Source: a virus
Strand: one strand, 5' to 3'
DNA length: 56,349 nucleotides
UHGV virus genome: UHGV-0011358
Part shown: positions 19,446 to 28,704 of the stretch, in pieces
Layout of the letters: each line of letters starts with the position of its first letter
Position numbering within the stretch: the first letter of the stretch is position 1
The notes under the pieces: model-generated
Database searches by the model: none
Told to the model about the DNA's origin: nothing
Seen by the model: only the letters and a program-made list of their open reading frames with translations
Made by a program: the position numbers and the translations under genes

Positions 19446-20155
19446 CCCACCTTGCTGGATCCCGGGAAACAGGAAATTGGTAACGGATTAGGACGCGGAA
19501 AACGCAAACGGCAACCGCTTAGGCGGTGGCTGCATTTATCCAGCTTTGGATCACTGGTTGGCTCGTCTTTGTCAGTAGCTACGGGGCCGCCACTGTATCT
19601 GCAACCGTCGCCGCGATATTGCCACTGGCAAACGTCAGCGAGAATTGTGCGCCCAGGGATAACCGCTTTATCTGCATCAATTGGCGTTGACAGTTCATAT
19701 TGCACCTGGTCTGCTGTTTCTTCGCTCATCGCCTCAACGACGTAAAAAGATACAGCCTCAATAGATGGATCTGCATCTGGATTGCCGTTAGGGAAGTTAA
19801 CGGCGTCCAGGTATTTTACTTCCACCTGGCGGCGCGTAACTTTCATTCCTCGCAGGTCGTTGAAATCGTTATTCATCCCCGTAATGAGTCCGCCAATGTT
19901 GGCAACAACCATTTGCGGGCGCGAGTAAACACCTTCGTTTTTCATTTCGAAGCCAGTAGCCTCGATTGGGTAGCTGTTGTAAGTCACTCCCTTCCAGATA
20001 ACCGGGCCGTAATAGCCATTCGCGCCGGAATGGAAGCGGATAACCTCGCCACCCAGGGGCGTTAGGTCTAATTCAAACAAGTCAATTACTGCGCCGACTC
20101 CGGCATCGACGGAATCAATAATCATTTCTGTAGGTATGCTGCGCATTTTTTTCAC
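19442..20155 (-). CDS. L: minor tail protein L
   Basis: Strong by-eye match to lambda L (VEVKYLDAVNFPNGN, Cys-rich C-terminus). Confidence 0.9.
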   Translation of the reverse strand: MKKMRSIPTEMIIDSVDAGVGAVIDLFELDLTPLGGEVIRFHSGANGYYGPVIWKGVTYNSYPIEATGFEMKNEGVYSRPQMVVANIGGLITGMNNDFNDLRGMKVTRRQVEVKYLDAVNFPNGNPDADPSIEAVSFYVVEAMSEETADQVQYELSTPIDADKAVIPGRTILADVCQWQYRGDGCRYSGGPVATDKDEPTSDPKLDKCSHRLSGCRLRFPRPNPLPISCFPGSSKVG

Positions 20156-20275
20156 CTTGTCATTTTGTGATCGCTGTCACGCTAAATCATACCAAAACGG
20201 TTGATAGCGCTTTTTACAATATGTATATTGTACTCAAAAGGAAGCAGGGTTAACAAAATGGCGCGGAGGTGTGAG

Positions 20276-20431
20276 ATGGCTGATAAGGTGTGGAGGTTGA
20301 CGGTATTCCTGTCAGGCGGCAGGGAAATGACTGTAGCTCTGTATAAAGACGAAGGCGAGGCACTAACTGACGCGCTTTTACTTGCTGAAGATGACCGCGT
20401 TTTGGGATACAGGATCGAACCTGCCAAATAG
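20276..20431 (+). CDS. hypothetical small protein (moron island B)
   Basis: 51 aa from ATG 20276 with GGAGGT RBS; opposite strand to tail genes. Confidence 0.35.
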   Translation: MADKVWRLTVFLSGGREMTVALYKDEGEALTDALLLAEDDRVLGYRIEPAK

Positions 20432-20497
20432 GAGGTTAACAAAAAATGAAAAAAATACAGGTTAGACGTGTGGACTGATAAATGCGAATGGGAAAGC

Positions 20498-20797
20498 ATG
20501 GGGCTATTTGACACATTCGAATCAGCGCGTGATGAAGGTTGTGAATTGCTCCGCTGTTGGTCTAGTGCTCGTGATTATTATGTTATTCCGGTACAAGTGC
20601 AGGATAAGGTGGAAGAGATGAACCCGAAAGATATTAACTTTAACGTCAGTGTTGAATTTGCTGACTCTATGGATCAGTCTTGCCCTGGTGAAATACACGC
20701 AAAAGGTTTCCCTGCTGACGATCCAGAAGCAAAACGCGAATACGAAAAAGCTGCGAAAGACTTCTGCATAGATAACCTGGGCGCATTCGATAAATAA
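20498..20797 (+). CDS. hypothetical protein (moron island B)
   Basis: About 100 aa acidic ORF; start uncertain. Confidence 0.4.
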   Translation: MGLFDTFESARDEGCELLRCWSSARDYYVIPVQVQDKVEEMNPKDINFNVSVEFADSMDQSCPGEIHAKGFPADDPEAKREYEKAAKDFCIDNLGAFDK

Positions 20798-20806
20798 GGC
20801 GGCAAC

Positions 20807-21055
20807 ATGGGGAGGCGCAATCACGGCGATTATGTGTACACGTTGAAACAGGCCGCCCGCCTCATCGGTTATCATGAGCACGAATTTATTGATTTGCTGA
20901 TTGAGCGCGGGATACTGTACCAGGTCTGTTTAACGCTGTACCCAAAAGCGAAATACCTACAGGAAAAGTTATTTATCATCATGACGGACGAAAACCAGGT
21001 TAATCATTCATTCGTCACTGATAAGGGCGTTAATTATCTGCGTGATAACTTGTAG
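20807..21055 (+). CDS. hypothetical protein (moron island B)
   Basis: 82 aa ORF. Confidence 0.4.
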   Translation: MGRRNHGDYVYTLKQAARLIGYHEHEFIDLLIERGILYQVCLTLYPKAKYLQEKLFIIMTDENQVNHSFVTDKGVNYLRDNL

Positions 21056-21065
21056 GTGACAGATT

Positions 21066-21182
21066 ATGAAAATAGAAGTTTTGGTGCTAATAATAATGGG
21101 ATTGATAGTATTTGGCGTTCATGCTGTAGAACTGGACTGGAAAACGATAGCGGAAAATATAGCATTAATGGAAATGGAATAA
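21066..21182 (+). CDS. small hydrophobic peptide (moron island B)
   Basis: 38 aa with one predicted TM segment; AGGTGA RBS; terminator follows. Confidence 0.35.
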   Translation: MKIEVLVLIIMGLIVFGVHAVELDWKTIAENIALMEME

Positions 21183-21188
21183 CAATAA

Positions 21189-21213
21189 CCCCGCTTCTCG
21201 CGGGGTTGTGTTT
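21189..21213. terminator. rho-independent terminator
   Basis: CCCCGC-TTCT-CGCGGGG hairpin then T-rich tract. Confidence 0.5.
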
Positions 21214-21409
21214 ATACGCCATCAACCAAAAATAAAACCTCCTTCCCTTCCCGGGATCTACACCCCACGTACCCATCACCAACGTCGTGAAGATACCATA
21301 TATCGCCGTTGTCAGCTTTTACAGTAAGGTCGTTGATCTCATAGTCGTCAAACAATGTAAAAGCGTAAGTTTTGTCAACTACACAAGTCCCGTACATAAC
21401 AACCCCCAT
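21212..21409 (-). CDS. hypothetical small protein downstream of M
   Basis: 65 aa ORF abutting the M stop. Confidence 0.3.
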   Translation of the reverse strand: MGVVMYGTCVVDKTYAFTLFDDYEINDLTVKADNGDIWYLHDVGDGYVGCRSREGKEVLFLVDGV

Positions 21410-21762
21410 TAGCCAACAACTTGTTCAAACGTTGCGTTTAGCGTGTACACAGGCCCGTCTTTGGTCATGCTCCAGCTACGGCAAACGAAAAGCCTTTGCA
21501 CCCCATCCATCGAAGGCGTCCAGTAGAAAGCATCGACAGCGCCGCGCGCCCTCAAAAATGCTTCAGCCTGGATCGCCACGTTTCCACCATCACCACATCC
21601 CGCGCTACTGCCTTTGAAAACCAGGGTATAACTATCAAGCAACGTGTTAATCCCTTTCGCCTGGCGCTGTTCATAACCATCACCAAGTTTAACGACAGAC
21701 ACATTTGGTTCCCTGGTCACGCTGTAGCTTCTTTGCGGCGTCCATCTGAAAACTTCTGGCAT
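21409..21762 (-). CDS. M: minor tail protein M
   Basis: 117 aa; VKLGDGYEQR and C-terminal FEQVV match lambda M by eye. Confidence 0.8.
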   Translation of the reverse strand: MPEVFRWTPQRSYSVTREPNVSVVKLGDGYEQRQAKGINTLLDSYTLVFKGSSAGCGDGGNVAIQAEAFLRARGAVDAFYWTPSMDGVQRLFVCRSWSMTKDGPVYTLNATFEQVVG

Positions 21763-21932
21763 GATTCCCCCTATAAGTTACATATTGCATACATCTTTAC
21801 GCGCTTCTACGCGAAAAATGAGAAATTCATCACAAGAATTATAACCAGTTTACAAAATGGCTTCACATAAGGCGTGACAAGATGTATATAGTAAGCAAGA
21901 AGAAAAAGCAGTACCGACAAAGGGGGGACAAC

Positions 21933-22088
21933 ATGGAACGCTATATGGTTGTGATGCTGAACAAAGCATTCGAACAGGTGGAAGTTGCGATTGTGAAGGG
22001 CTTTGATGATGCATTCAAATACGGTCAATTCATGATGAATGCAAAAGAAGATGAATACCGTGATTTCTTCCTGAAAGTGGTCAGCTAA
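21933..22088 (+). CDS. hypothetical small protein (moron island C)
   Basis: 51 aa; strong G-rich RBS. Confidence 0.4.
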   Translation: MERYMVVMLNKAFEQVEVAIVKGFDDAFKYGQFMMNAKEDEYRDFFLKVVS

Positions 22089-22106
22089 TGGATTGTGGGG
22101 TGTGTT

Positions 22107-22361
22107 ATGAAATTGGTGGCGATTGGTAAAAACCTGAAAGCACAGAAAAACGCACAGGACCGGATCATCAAAAAGGGCAAGGCTTTATTAAATGCTTTCC
22201 TGAAAAAAGAGGCCAACCCCAAAAAATTACGCGATGGCTACGGTTATAAATTTGACATCAACCCCGATTGGCGGTTATTCAGCGAAGATTTAAAGATGTG
22301 GTTAATTATTGACCACCTGGAATATAACAGGCACTGTGGGGTGAAAGGCGCTCACAAGTGA
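22107..22361 (+). CDS. hypothetical protein (moron island C)
   Basis: 84 aa basic ORF. Confidence 0.4.
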   Translation: MKLVAIGKNLKAQKNAQDRIIKKGKALLNAFLKKEANPKKLRDGYGYKFDINPDWRLFSEDLKMWLIIDHLEYNRHCGVKGAHK

Positions 22362-22392
22362 CACGGATTTGAATGTTGCGGAGGAAAACAAA

Positions 22393-22563
22393 ATGAAAAA
22401 TCCGGCAAATAAAAGCAACGTAAAACGCATAGCATGGGTGCTAAAATATATGGATAGTAAAGGGGATACATATACATGCCCATTTTTTAGGTATACTGAC
22501 GCGGTATTTGCCAGAAGTGTACACGGAGGGAAAATTGAAAGAGGATATACAAGATTTGAGTAA
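22393..22563 (+). CDS. hypothetical small protein (moron island C)
   Basis: 56 aa; GGAGGA RBS. Confidence 0.4.
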   Translation: MKNPANKSNVKRIAWVLKYMDSKGDTYTCPFFRYTDAVFARSVHGGKIERGYTRFE

Positions 22564-22601
22564 ATTTATTCACGAAATCAATAACATGATGAAGGTTTAT
22601 A

Positions 22602-22781
22602 ATGATTATTCACGAGACTGAAGAATGTAGAAGGATTGATCTTAGTGTTGAAGATGATGGAAGATTATGGATCGTTAGCGACTGCGAGATGATTGTAATA
22701 GACAAAAAGCAAGCTGACGAACTGATAAGCGCATTACAGCTTTATGCAAACGGCGAATTTAAAAATGATGAAATTGAATAA
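22602..22781 (+). CDS. hypothetical small protein (moron island C)
   Basis: 59 aa ORF not in the track; terminator follows. Confidence 0.35.
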   Translation: MIIHETEECRRIDLSVEDDGRLWIVSDCEMIVIDKKQADELISALQLYANGEFKNDEIE

Positions 22782-22787
22782 AAATAA

Positions 22788-22810
22788 CCCCGGCATTGCG
22801 CCGGGGTTTT
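22788..22810. terminator. bidirectional rho-independent terminator
   Basis: CCCCGGC-ATTGC-GCCGGGG hairpin flanked by T-runs on both strands. Confidence 0.6.
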
Positions 22811-22812
22811 GA

Positions 22813-25800
22813 TTATTTGCGGCGCGGTTGCAGCATTCCGCCCGGTCTGGATGATTCGCGGTGTATCAGGCCCATGCAGATCTTTTCCATATCCTGCTGT
22901 AGTTTTTTGGCGTCCTCATCACTCCATCCATTTTGTGGGTAAACGCTAATCGGTGCGTTTATACTAACGTTACCACCACCCGCACCACCAATGTCGCGAT
23001 TTGGTATTACCCTGCCGTTGTCACCAGGAATCATATACTGTTCACCGTTTCGAGATTGGAAGATCTCTGGCTTACCGTGTTCCCCTACGCGATACAGGCT
23101 ACCACCGTTAACCGCACCGCCGTTATAACGAGCGCCAGCCAGTCCAAGCGTTTTGGCGGCAGCGACGCCAGTAGTAAGCCCAGTAAGTCCAGTGGCCCCA
23201 GCGCCGCCCATCGTGGCAACGTTTGCCAGGTATGCAGGAGTAGCCCACGCTGATGATAACGCTGCCGCCTCTGCCAGTGCTTTGGTTGTTGCCATAGTTC
23301 TTGCTGTATCACCAATCAATTGCTGCTTGACCCACTCAGTACCCATTTGAACAATCGTACCAATCACGGAGGAAAGGATTGTATTGCCAATGTTAGCGAT
23401 CGCCTGTTGCCAATTTTGAGTACCGTTAATCAGGCCGACAAGCGCGTTAGTTGCGGATCCGCTCATTGCATCAACAGCATCGCCTAACAGTTGGTTGGTC
23501 AATGACTGCGCCTTATACCTCTCCCACTGAAGTGATAGCATTTCCCTCTCATGCGCTTTTTCTTGCTCCCTCATATATTGCTCTGTAGCGCCTAAATCTG
23601 TGAGCATCTGCTTGCGAACCGCCCATTCATTCATCGCCTGCTGAATTGGGTCTAGTTGCCCGCGTAGTTGTAGCTCTTTGTTTACCAGATTATCCCAGCT
23701 AGCCTGACGTTTGCGTTGTTCCTCGGTTCCAATTAATTCTTTCCATGCCTTATTATATTGTTCCGCGCTTATTTTGCCGCTTTTTAATGCTGCATTTAGC
23801 GCATCCTGATCCTCTTTTAATTTCCGTTGCGCGGCGGCTTCTACATTGTATTTATCTGCAACATTCTGGCCCCGTTTCTCAAGCTCTTTGCGCAGGCGTT
23901 CAGCCTCTTTTAGATGTTTTTTCTCCTCGCTTTCGCCAGTTTTTTTCCCATGACTGGCCTTTCTTTCAGCTTCGGCGCGTTTCTGCTCGGTGTCGTATGC
24001 TTTGGTCATTGTAGCCATGTATTTTTCATACGCTTCCCCGGTCAGGTTTGCTTTCTCAGCCTCACGCTTAAACCCATCAATCGCCTTTTCCCTGCTGGCT
24101 GTTTTGGAGTCGAGTTTTGCCAGCTCCAGGCGGCGGTTTGCCAGATTCATTAATTCTTGCTGATCTGCGTTAAGTGCTGCTGAAGCGTGTTGCGTTGCTG
24201 CTGCTGCGCGTTCTGCTTCTGTGGTGATTCTTCCGTATGCATCCGCTACCAACCCCAATGAAGTGGCAACGGTCTTCATTAGCGGATCTGTATCCTGCAT
24301 AAGCAGAATATATTTGCGCTGCATTTGATTAAGGCGGTCGAGAATATCCTCACGCTGCGCCTCTTCCCTGGTCAGGCGGGCTGTGATTTCCTGATTAGCT
24401 TTCGATAGGTTGGCGTAAGCGCGTGACCCCTCCTCTGCTTTCTCCAGTGCCTGTTTATTCAGTTCCAGCGCCTGCGTGTCCTGGTCAATCTGTTTGTTGA
24501 GACTGGCAACGTCTTCCTCTAACTGACCCATTGATATTTGTAGTTTATCTGCACCAGCCAGCTTAGCCGCCTTACTCATTCGTTCCAGTGATTCGGTACT
24601 AACGTCCACTGAATCGGCAAGGTTGCGGTTTGCCTCTGCCGTTTGATCTACGTGATCTACATATGCTGTCAACCCGTAAACAGCAAGCATTAACGCGCCA
24701 GGGATACCACCAATCGCACCCAGAGTAGCGCTAAACGCTGTTTTTAGTAGCCCTGCATTAGCCGCCGCCGCAGTGTGGGCCGCAGCAAGGCGCTGCTCTG
24801 CCGCAGTAAGGGCGTTTGATGCCGCTGTGTTCTGTGCTTTGGCTACAGCCAATTCTTTCAGTGTCTGAACTTCGAATTTTGTTCCGGCATTTGCCGCAGC
24901 ATAAGCCTGCGCCTCTCTCAACCTTGCCGCCGCCGCCGCTACTGATTGCCGTGCTGATACCACCTGAGCGTTAGCTAGCGCCAATTCACTCTGAGCGGCC
25001 TGCCGTGCCGCTGCCGTTTGTGCCCTGGTCGCCTGAGCGTTAGTTAATACCTCTGCTGTTGCAGCTACGAATTTATTTACCACTCTGCCACCCATCACAG
25101 TGGCAATGCCAATAAATGCAGTAGCTATTTCGTTAAGGTTTTCTGACAGGGTTACAACTGCCGAATTAAAAGCACCAATCCCGCCCATAATTGACGAATT
25201 GCTGCCGAAAAATTTAGCTGCGTTGTTGCCTGCAACAGTGAAAGCCTCCTGCATAGTTGGGGTGAGTTTAGAAAACTCAGCATCAACCTCCGCTTTCATT
25301 TCCTTAAGGGCTTTAATGATAGCTTCACGGGTGATTTTCCCTTCTGCTGCCATCTTGCGCATTTCCGCTGACGATACGCCCAGTGATTTAGCCAAACCCT
25401 CTGACAGCCTGGTGGCGTTTTCTGTAACGGAGTTAAATTCATCGCCATTCAAAACACCTTTGGCGAGGGATTGACCCAACTGACGGATCCCGCCTTCTGC
25501 TTCAGCGGCAGAAGCGCCAGAAATGCGGAATGTTTTGTTAATGGTTTCAACCATATCACCAAGTGCTTTCGTCGATAAACCAGCGTCGCGCGTCGAGCGC
25601 TCTAATTTACCGTAAAGATCTGCTGTAGCATCAAGATCGCTTCGTGAATTTTGCGCGATCTGAAATACACGCTGATTAACGTCTGCCAGTGATTCACCAG
25701 CACGAACGCTATTGATTAGCCTGTTATTCACCTCCTGCCAGGCGTTTGCATACTCAATGATTTTTTTTGCTGCCATTGCAGCACCCAGGGCACTGGCAAT

Positions 25801-25968
25801 CGAGGATAGCTTTGACAGTGACTTACTTGCCTGAGTGGCGGCACTATCCACGCGCTCCAAATCCTTTTCCATTTTGCCAGTTGCGCGATCTACCTCGCGC
25901 TGAACAGTCAGAAGCTGACCCGTTTTTGCATCAACCTCGTAATAAATTGTGCCTAAATTTGTTGACAT
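22813..25968 (-). CDS. H: tail tape measure protein
   Basis: 1051 aa, coiled-coil rich, Gly-rich C-terminus; sits upstream of M-L-K-I-J. Confidence 0.9.
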   Translation of the reverse strand: MSTNLGTIYYEVDAKTGQLLTVQREVDRATGKMEKDLERVDSAATQASKSLSKLSSIASALGAAMAAKKIIEYANAWQEVNNRLINSVRAGESLADVNQRVFQIAQNSRSDLDATADLYGKLERSTRDAGLSTKALGDMVETINKTFRISGASAAEAEGGIRQLGQSLAKGVLNGDEFNSVTENATRLSEGLAKSLGVSSAEMRKMAAEGKITREAIIKALKEMKAEVDAEFSKLTPTMQEAFTVAGNNAAKFFGSNSSIMGGIGAFNSAVVTLSENLNEIATAFIGIATVMGGRVVNKFVAATAEVLTNAQATRAQTAAARQAAQSELALANAQVVSARQSVAAAAARLREAQAYAAANAGTKFEVQTLKELAVAKAQNTAASNALTAAEQRLAAAHTAAAANAGLLKTAFSATLGAIGGIPGALMLAVYGLTAYVDHVDQTAEANRNLADSVDVSTESLERMSKAAKLAGADKLQISMGQLEEDVASLNKQIDQDTQALELNKQALEKAEEGSRAYANLSKANQEITARLTREEAQREDILDRLNQMQRKYILLMQDTDPLMKTVATSLGLVADAYGRITTEAERAAAATQHASAALNADQQELMNLANRRLELAKLDSKTASREKAIDGFKREAEKANLTGEAYEKYMATMTKAYDTEQKRAEAERKASHGKKTGESEEKKHLKEAERLRKELEKRGQNVADKYNVEAAAQRKLKEDQDALNAALKSGKISAEQYNKAWKELIGTEEQRKRQASWDNLVNKELQLRGQLDPIQQAMNEWAVRKQMLTDLGATEQYMREQEKAHEREMLSLQWERYKAQSLTNQLLGDAVDAMSGSATNALVGLINGTQNWQQAIANIGNTILSSVIGTIVQMGTEWVKQQLIGDTARTMATTKALAEAAALSSAWATPAYLANVATMGGAGATGLTGLTTGVAAAKTLGLAGARYNGGAVNGGSLYRVGEHGKPEIFQSRNGEQYMIPGDNGRVIPNRDIGGAGGGNVSINAPISVYPQNGWSDEDAKKLQQDMEKICMGLIHRESSRPGGMLQPRRK

Positions 25969-26125
25969 GATTTAACCTCATACAAAATGTGATCTATGCC
26001 TCTATTTTATACAAAATGGATTTACTTCAGTGAACACATTTTGTATAAAGAAGCCAAAGGAAAGGGATTGAGCGAATGGATTCAGAAGACCGGATGAACC
26101 GGAGGAAGCAAAAGAGGATAAGAAA

Positions 26126-26215
26126 ATGAAAAACGTAAACTACCACCCCAACGAACATGAGCGCTATGCAGACTTTATTGAAGAAATGCTGAAGGCACTT
26201 AAAAACAAAAAATAA
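26126..26215 (+). CDS. very small ORF (moron island D)
   Basis: 29 aa; preceded by a leader homologous to the one at 12868-12922. Confidence 0.3.
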   Translation: MKNVNYHPNEHERYADFIEEMLKALKNKK

Positions 26216-26346
26216 TTGGGTTGGTTAAATGGACACAATCAAAACGGTTATAGATGTATATATTACAGCATGGTTAGCATTTAATGTGATGGCTGTACTG
26301 GTGCTGGCAATGACAACCGAAGATAAACGTAACTGAGAGGTGTATC

Positions 26347-26649
26347 ATGGAACTGGTAATTTGCTTCATCGGATTTATCGCAACTATGGTTGTGGCTCAG
26401 AAAAAACATCTGAATATGCTCCTGGCATTCTTTGGTGCGCTGATTTGCTGGCCTGCTGTATTGATTTACGCACTGTGCGTTAACAAAAGGATGTTCAAAC
26501 ACTACGTTGATGCAGTGACTTTTGTAAGCATGGAGTTCCCGAACGCAACTGACGTACAGAAAGCACAGGTCGCAACTTACATTTACGATAACGTGTACGA
26601 TATTCACGACTTGGATGAGGCAAGATGCAGATTTGCAGCATACAAATAA
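26347..26649 (+). CDS. small integral membrane protein (moron island D)
   Basis: 100 aa with two hydrophobic helices; opposite strand to tail genes; own terminator. Confidence 0.55.
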   Translation: MELVICFIGFIATMVVAQKKHLNMLLAFFGALICWPAVLIYALCVNKRMFKHYVDAVTFVSMEFPNATDVQKAQVATYIYDNVYDIHDLDEARCRFAAYK

Positions 26650-26657
26650 AGATAAAG

Positions 26658-26680
26658 GCCCGGCTAATCCCGGGCTTTTT
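26658..26680 (+). terminator. rho-independent terminator
   Basis: GCCCGG-loop-CCGGGC hairpin followed by TTTTT. Confidence 0.55.
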
Positions 26681-27353
26681 CTTGCTCGCTATTTTCCATT
26701 CTTTTTAGTATCTCCATAGCCTCCCTCATTCCATCGTCATAAGCCTTTTTATCCAGTAATACATCTGGTCGTTTTTGTTTGTTTCTTGCTTCTGGCGGCG
26801 TTTTAGCACGCACAGCGGCTCTATATCCGGTCATTGTCATATTCCACGCTTCTGATTCTGATAACCCCAGGTGAGCAACGGCAGAATAAACAAACTCCAG
26901 TATGTCGAACGTTGGTTTGTATTCACCTTCCCGTCTCTCGCTTGCAACCTCTTCAGGGCCGTCACCGATTAAACCGTGGTACATGCAGTGTTGCGCCAGT
27001 GTAATAACATCATCAACAGGCATTATTCCTGATTTTAGCCTTAGTTTACCTGAGGGAGTGAACCAGCATTCGCCTAATAACGAGCCTGTTTCGTCGTCTG
27101 AGCAACATTTCAGGATGTGTATAGACGTTTGCACTATCTCACCATAACACCGCGCCATAATGCGATTGCGGAGGTCTGGATCTGTAGGTAATCGTGAAGG
27201 GTATTTGCTGCCGTGGATAAGTGCGAAATATTCGACAAGCTCACTATCGTTGCCGATTTTAGCCATCGCAGCAAAGCAAGGATTAAATTCATAGCGCTTA
27301 CCGTTCACCACAGCCGCAAATTGTCCTGTACGAACATGGATCATAGTATTCAC
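26664..27353 (-). CDS. putative tail assembly chaperone (G/GT position)
   Basis: 229 aa ORF between major tail protein and tape measure; assignment by position only. Confidence 0.45.
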   Translation of the reverse strand: MNTMIHVRTGQFAAVVNGKRYEFNPCFAAMAKIGNDSELVEYFALIHGSKYPSRLPTDPDLRNRIMARCYGEIVQTSIHILKCCSDDETGSLLGECWFTPSGKLRLKSGIMPVDDVITLAQHCMYHGLIGDGPEEVASERREGEYKPTFDILEFVYSAVAHLGLSESEAWNMTMTGYRAAVRAKTPPEARNKQKRPDVLLDKKAYDDGMREAMEILKRMENSEQEKARD

Positions 27354-27388
27354 CCTAAAAGGAAGGGGCTAGACAGCCCCTTTATTGT

Positions 27389-27865
27389 TTATGCAGCAAC
27401 CGGATCGGTTACAGTTACCTGGCCCGCGCTTTCGCACTCAATGGACCAGGTTGTCACATCATCGTGCGGCGCTTCTTCTTCGAAAGACGTGCAAAGGAAT
27501 GGACCCTCAGTCACATCGGTGGGGGTGACGATTTTTAGCCACACGTATGGCTGATTTCCGGTAGCAGTGCCCGGTGACATTACATGACGCTTTAGTTCTT
27601 TCTGGTTGTGTAGAGCATCACTACGTGATACGCCGTCGCCGGAGAAAGAAACAGATTTGTAAGTGACCAGGGATTCTTTGGTATAGTCGGCGGATTTATC
27701 AGCGGTGGCGTCTGCGGTTTCCCATTCTACGGAAAGCGTTTTGCCGCGCATCATGCCTAACGCTTTATATGCTTCTTTACTAGGTTTCGCATTAGGGCAA
27801 GCGATAGCAAAGAATACAGCAACGTCACGGCCTGTAAATGAGCCATTTTCGCAAGTCTGAGACAT
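27389..27865 (-). CDS. putative major tail protein
   Basis: 158 aa; position upstream of chaperone and tape measure. Confidence 0.55.
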   Translation of the reverse strand: MSQTCENGSFTGRDVAVFFAIACPNAKPSKEAYKALGMMRGKTLSVEWETADATADKSADYTKESLVTYKSVSFSGDGVSRSDALHNQKELKRHVMSPGTATGNQPYVWLKIVTPTDVTEGPFLCTSFEEEAPHDDVTTWSIECESAGQVTVTDPVAA

Positions 27866-27878
27866 GGTTTGTTACCTC

Positions 27879-28265
27879 TTATCTAGATATGATAGTTTGA
27901 AAAGCTACGGTAAAAATAAAGCGCCCTTCTTTTGTCTGCATTGCAGGAATAGCGCCTACTGGCTTCATGTGTGTAATTTTATCAGTTTTATACTCTGTTA
28001 TCATACTTTGCCGTATAGCGTCGGCGAGATCTTCCACTTCACTGATATTTGCGTCATTACGCGCCGAAATAACCAGGATGCGGAAATAGTCGCGGGTTAT
28101 CGCCTCTTCTCCCGCCGCTCCGCCGTTTTGCTGTATGACAATGTATCTGTCTTTATTAGAATTGGATCGCTCATTCCAGAAACGGGCCTGCAAAATATAG
28201 CCTTCATCGTACCCGTGGGATTTAATCCAATCCCTTATTTCGTCGTATACTTCGCTGCGTTTCAT
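27879..28265 (-). CDS. putative tail terminator / tail completion protein
   Basis: 128 aa; position in head-tail joining block. Confidence 0.45.
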   Translation of the reverse strand: MKRSEVYDEIRDWIKSHGYDEGYILQARFWNERSNSNKDRYIVIQQNGGAAGEEAITRDYFRILVISARNDANISEVEDLADAIRQSMITEYKTDKITHMKPVGAIPAMQTKEGRFIFTVAFQTIISR

Positions 28266-28702
28266 GTTTTGTAACCTTCTACAATCTCTTTATAAATATC
28301 GTCAGCGTTGTTTGGATCTTCGAATGCCTTGCGCAAAAATTCCGGCTCCGCGTTTGGGTCCCAATATTTACCTTTTCCAGTACCGCCGCCGAATTCAACC
28401 CCTTCGCTAGTCTTGCCGAAATGTTCGCGCGGCTGTCCTTTTAATTTACCTGGCATATTGTGCACCCATTCAGCATACCGGGCCGTATATCCCAGCCGTA
28501 ACTGCATGCCCTCCGCCGTGCTACCTATATACTGAAATTGGCTGTTAATTAAAAAACCCGTATCAACGGGGGTCATGTTCGCCGCGAAGCCACCAGCCAG
28601 CATCCCTACTCGCCATAACACCTCATGAGTTTTCTTATCTGTGATTTCCTTTAGCTCCTGCTTTAATCGCTCCCTGACACGTTTAACACCCTTGATAGGC
28701 AT
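28262..28702 (-). CDS. putative HK97 gp10-like tail component
   Basis: 146 aa; position and weak family resemblance. Confidence 0.45.
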   Translation of the reverse strand: MPIKGVKRVRERLKQELKEITDKKTHEVLWRVGMLAGGFAANMTPVDTGFLINSQFQYIGSTAEGMQLRLGYTARYAEWVHNMPGKLKGQPREHFGKTSEGVEFGGGTGKGKYWDPNAEPEFLRKAFEDPNNADDIYKEIVEGYKT

Positions 28703-28704
28703 GA

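Noticed and set aside
20182-20514. 110 aa minus-strand ORF spanning the start of moron island B
   Set aside because: Overlaps better-supported plus-strand ORFs with RBSs and crosses the promoter region; likely spurious.
22933-23350. Plus-strand ORFs of 65-106 aa inside the tape measure gene
   Set aside because: Antisense to a confidently called gene; composition reflects the Ala-rich coding strand.
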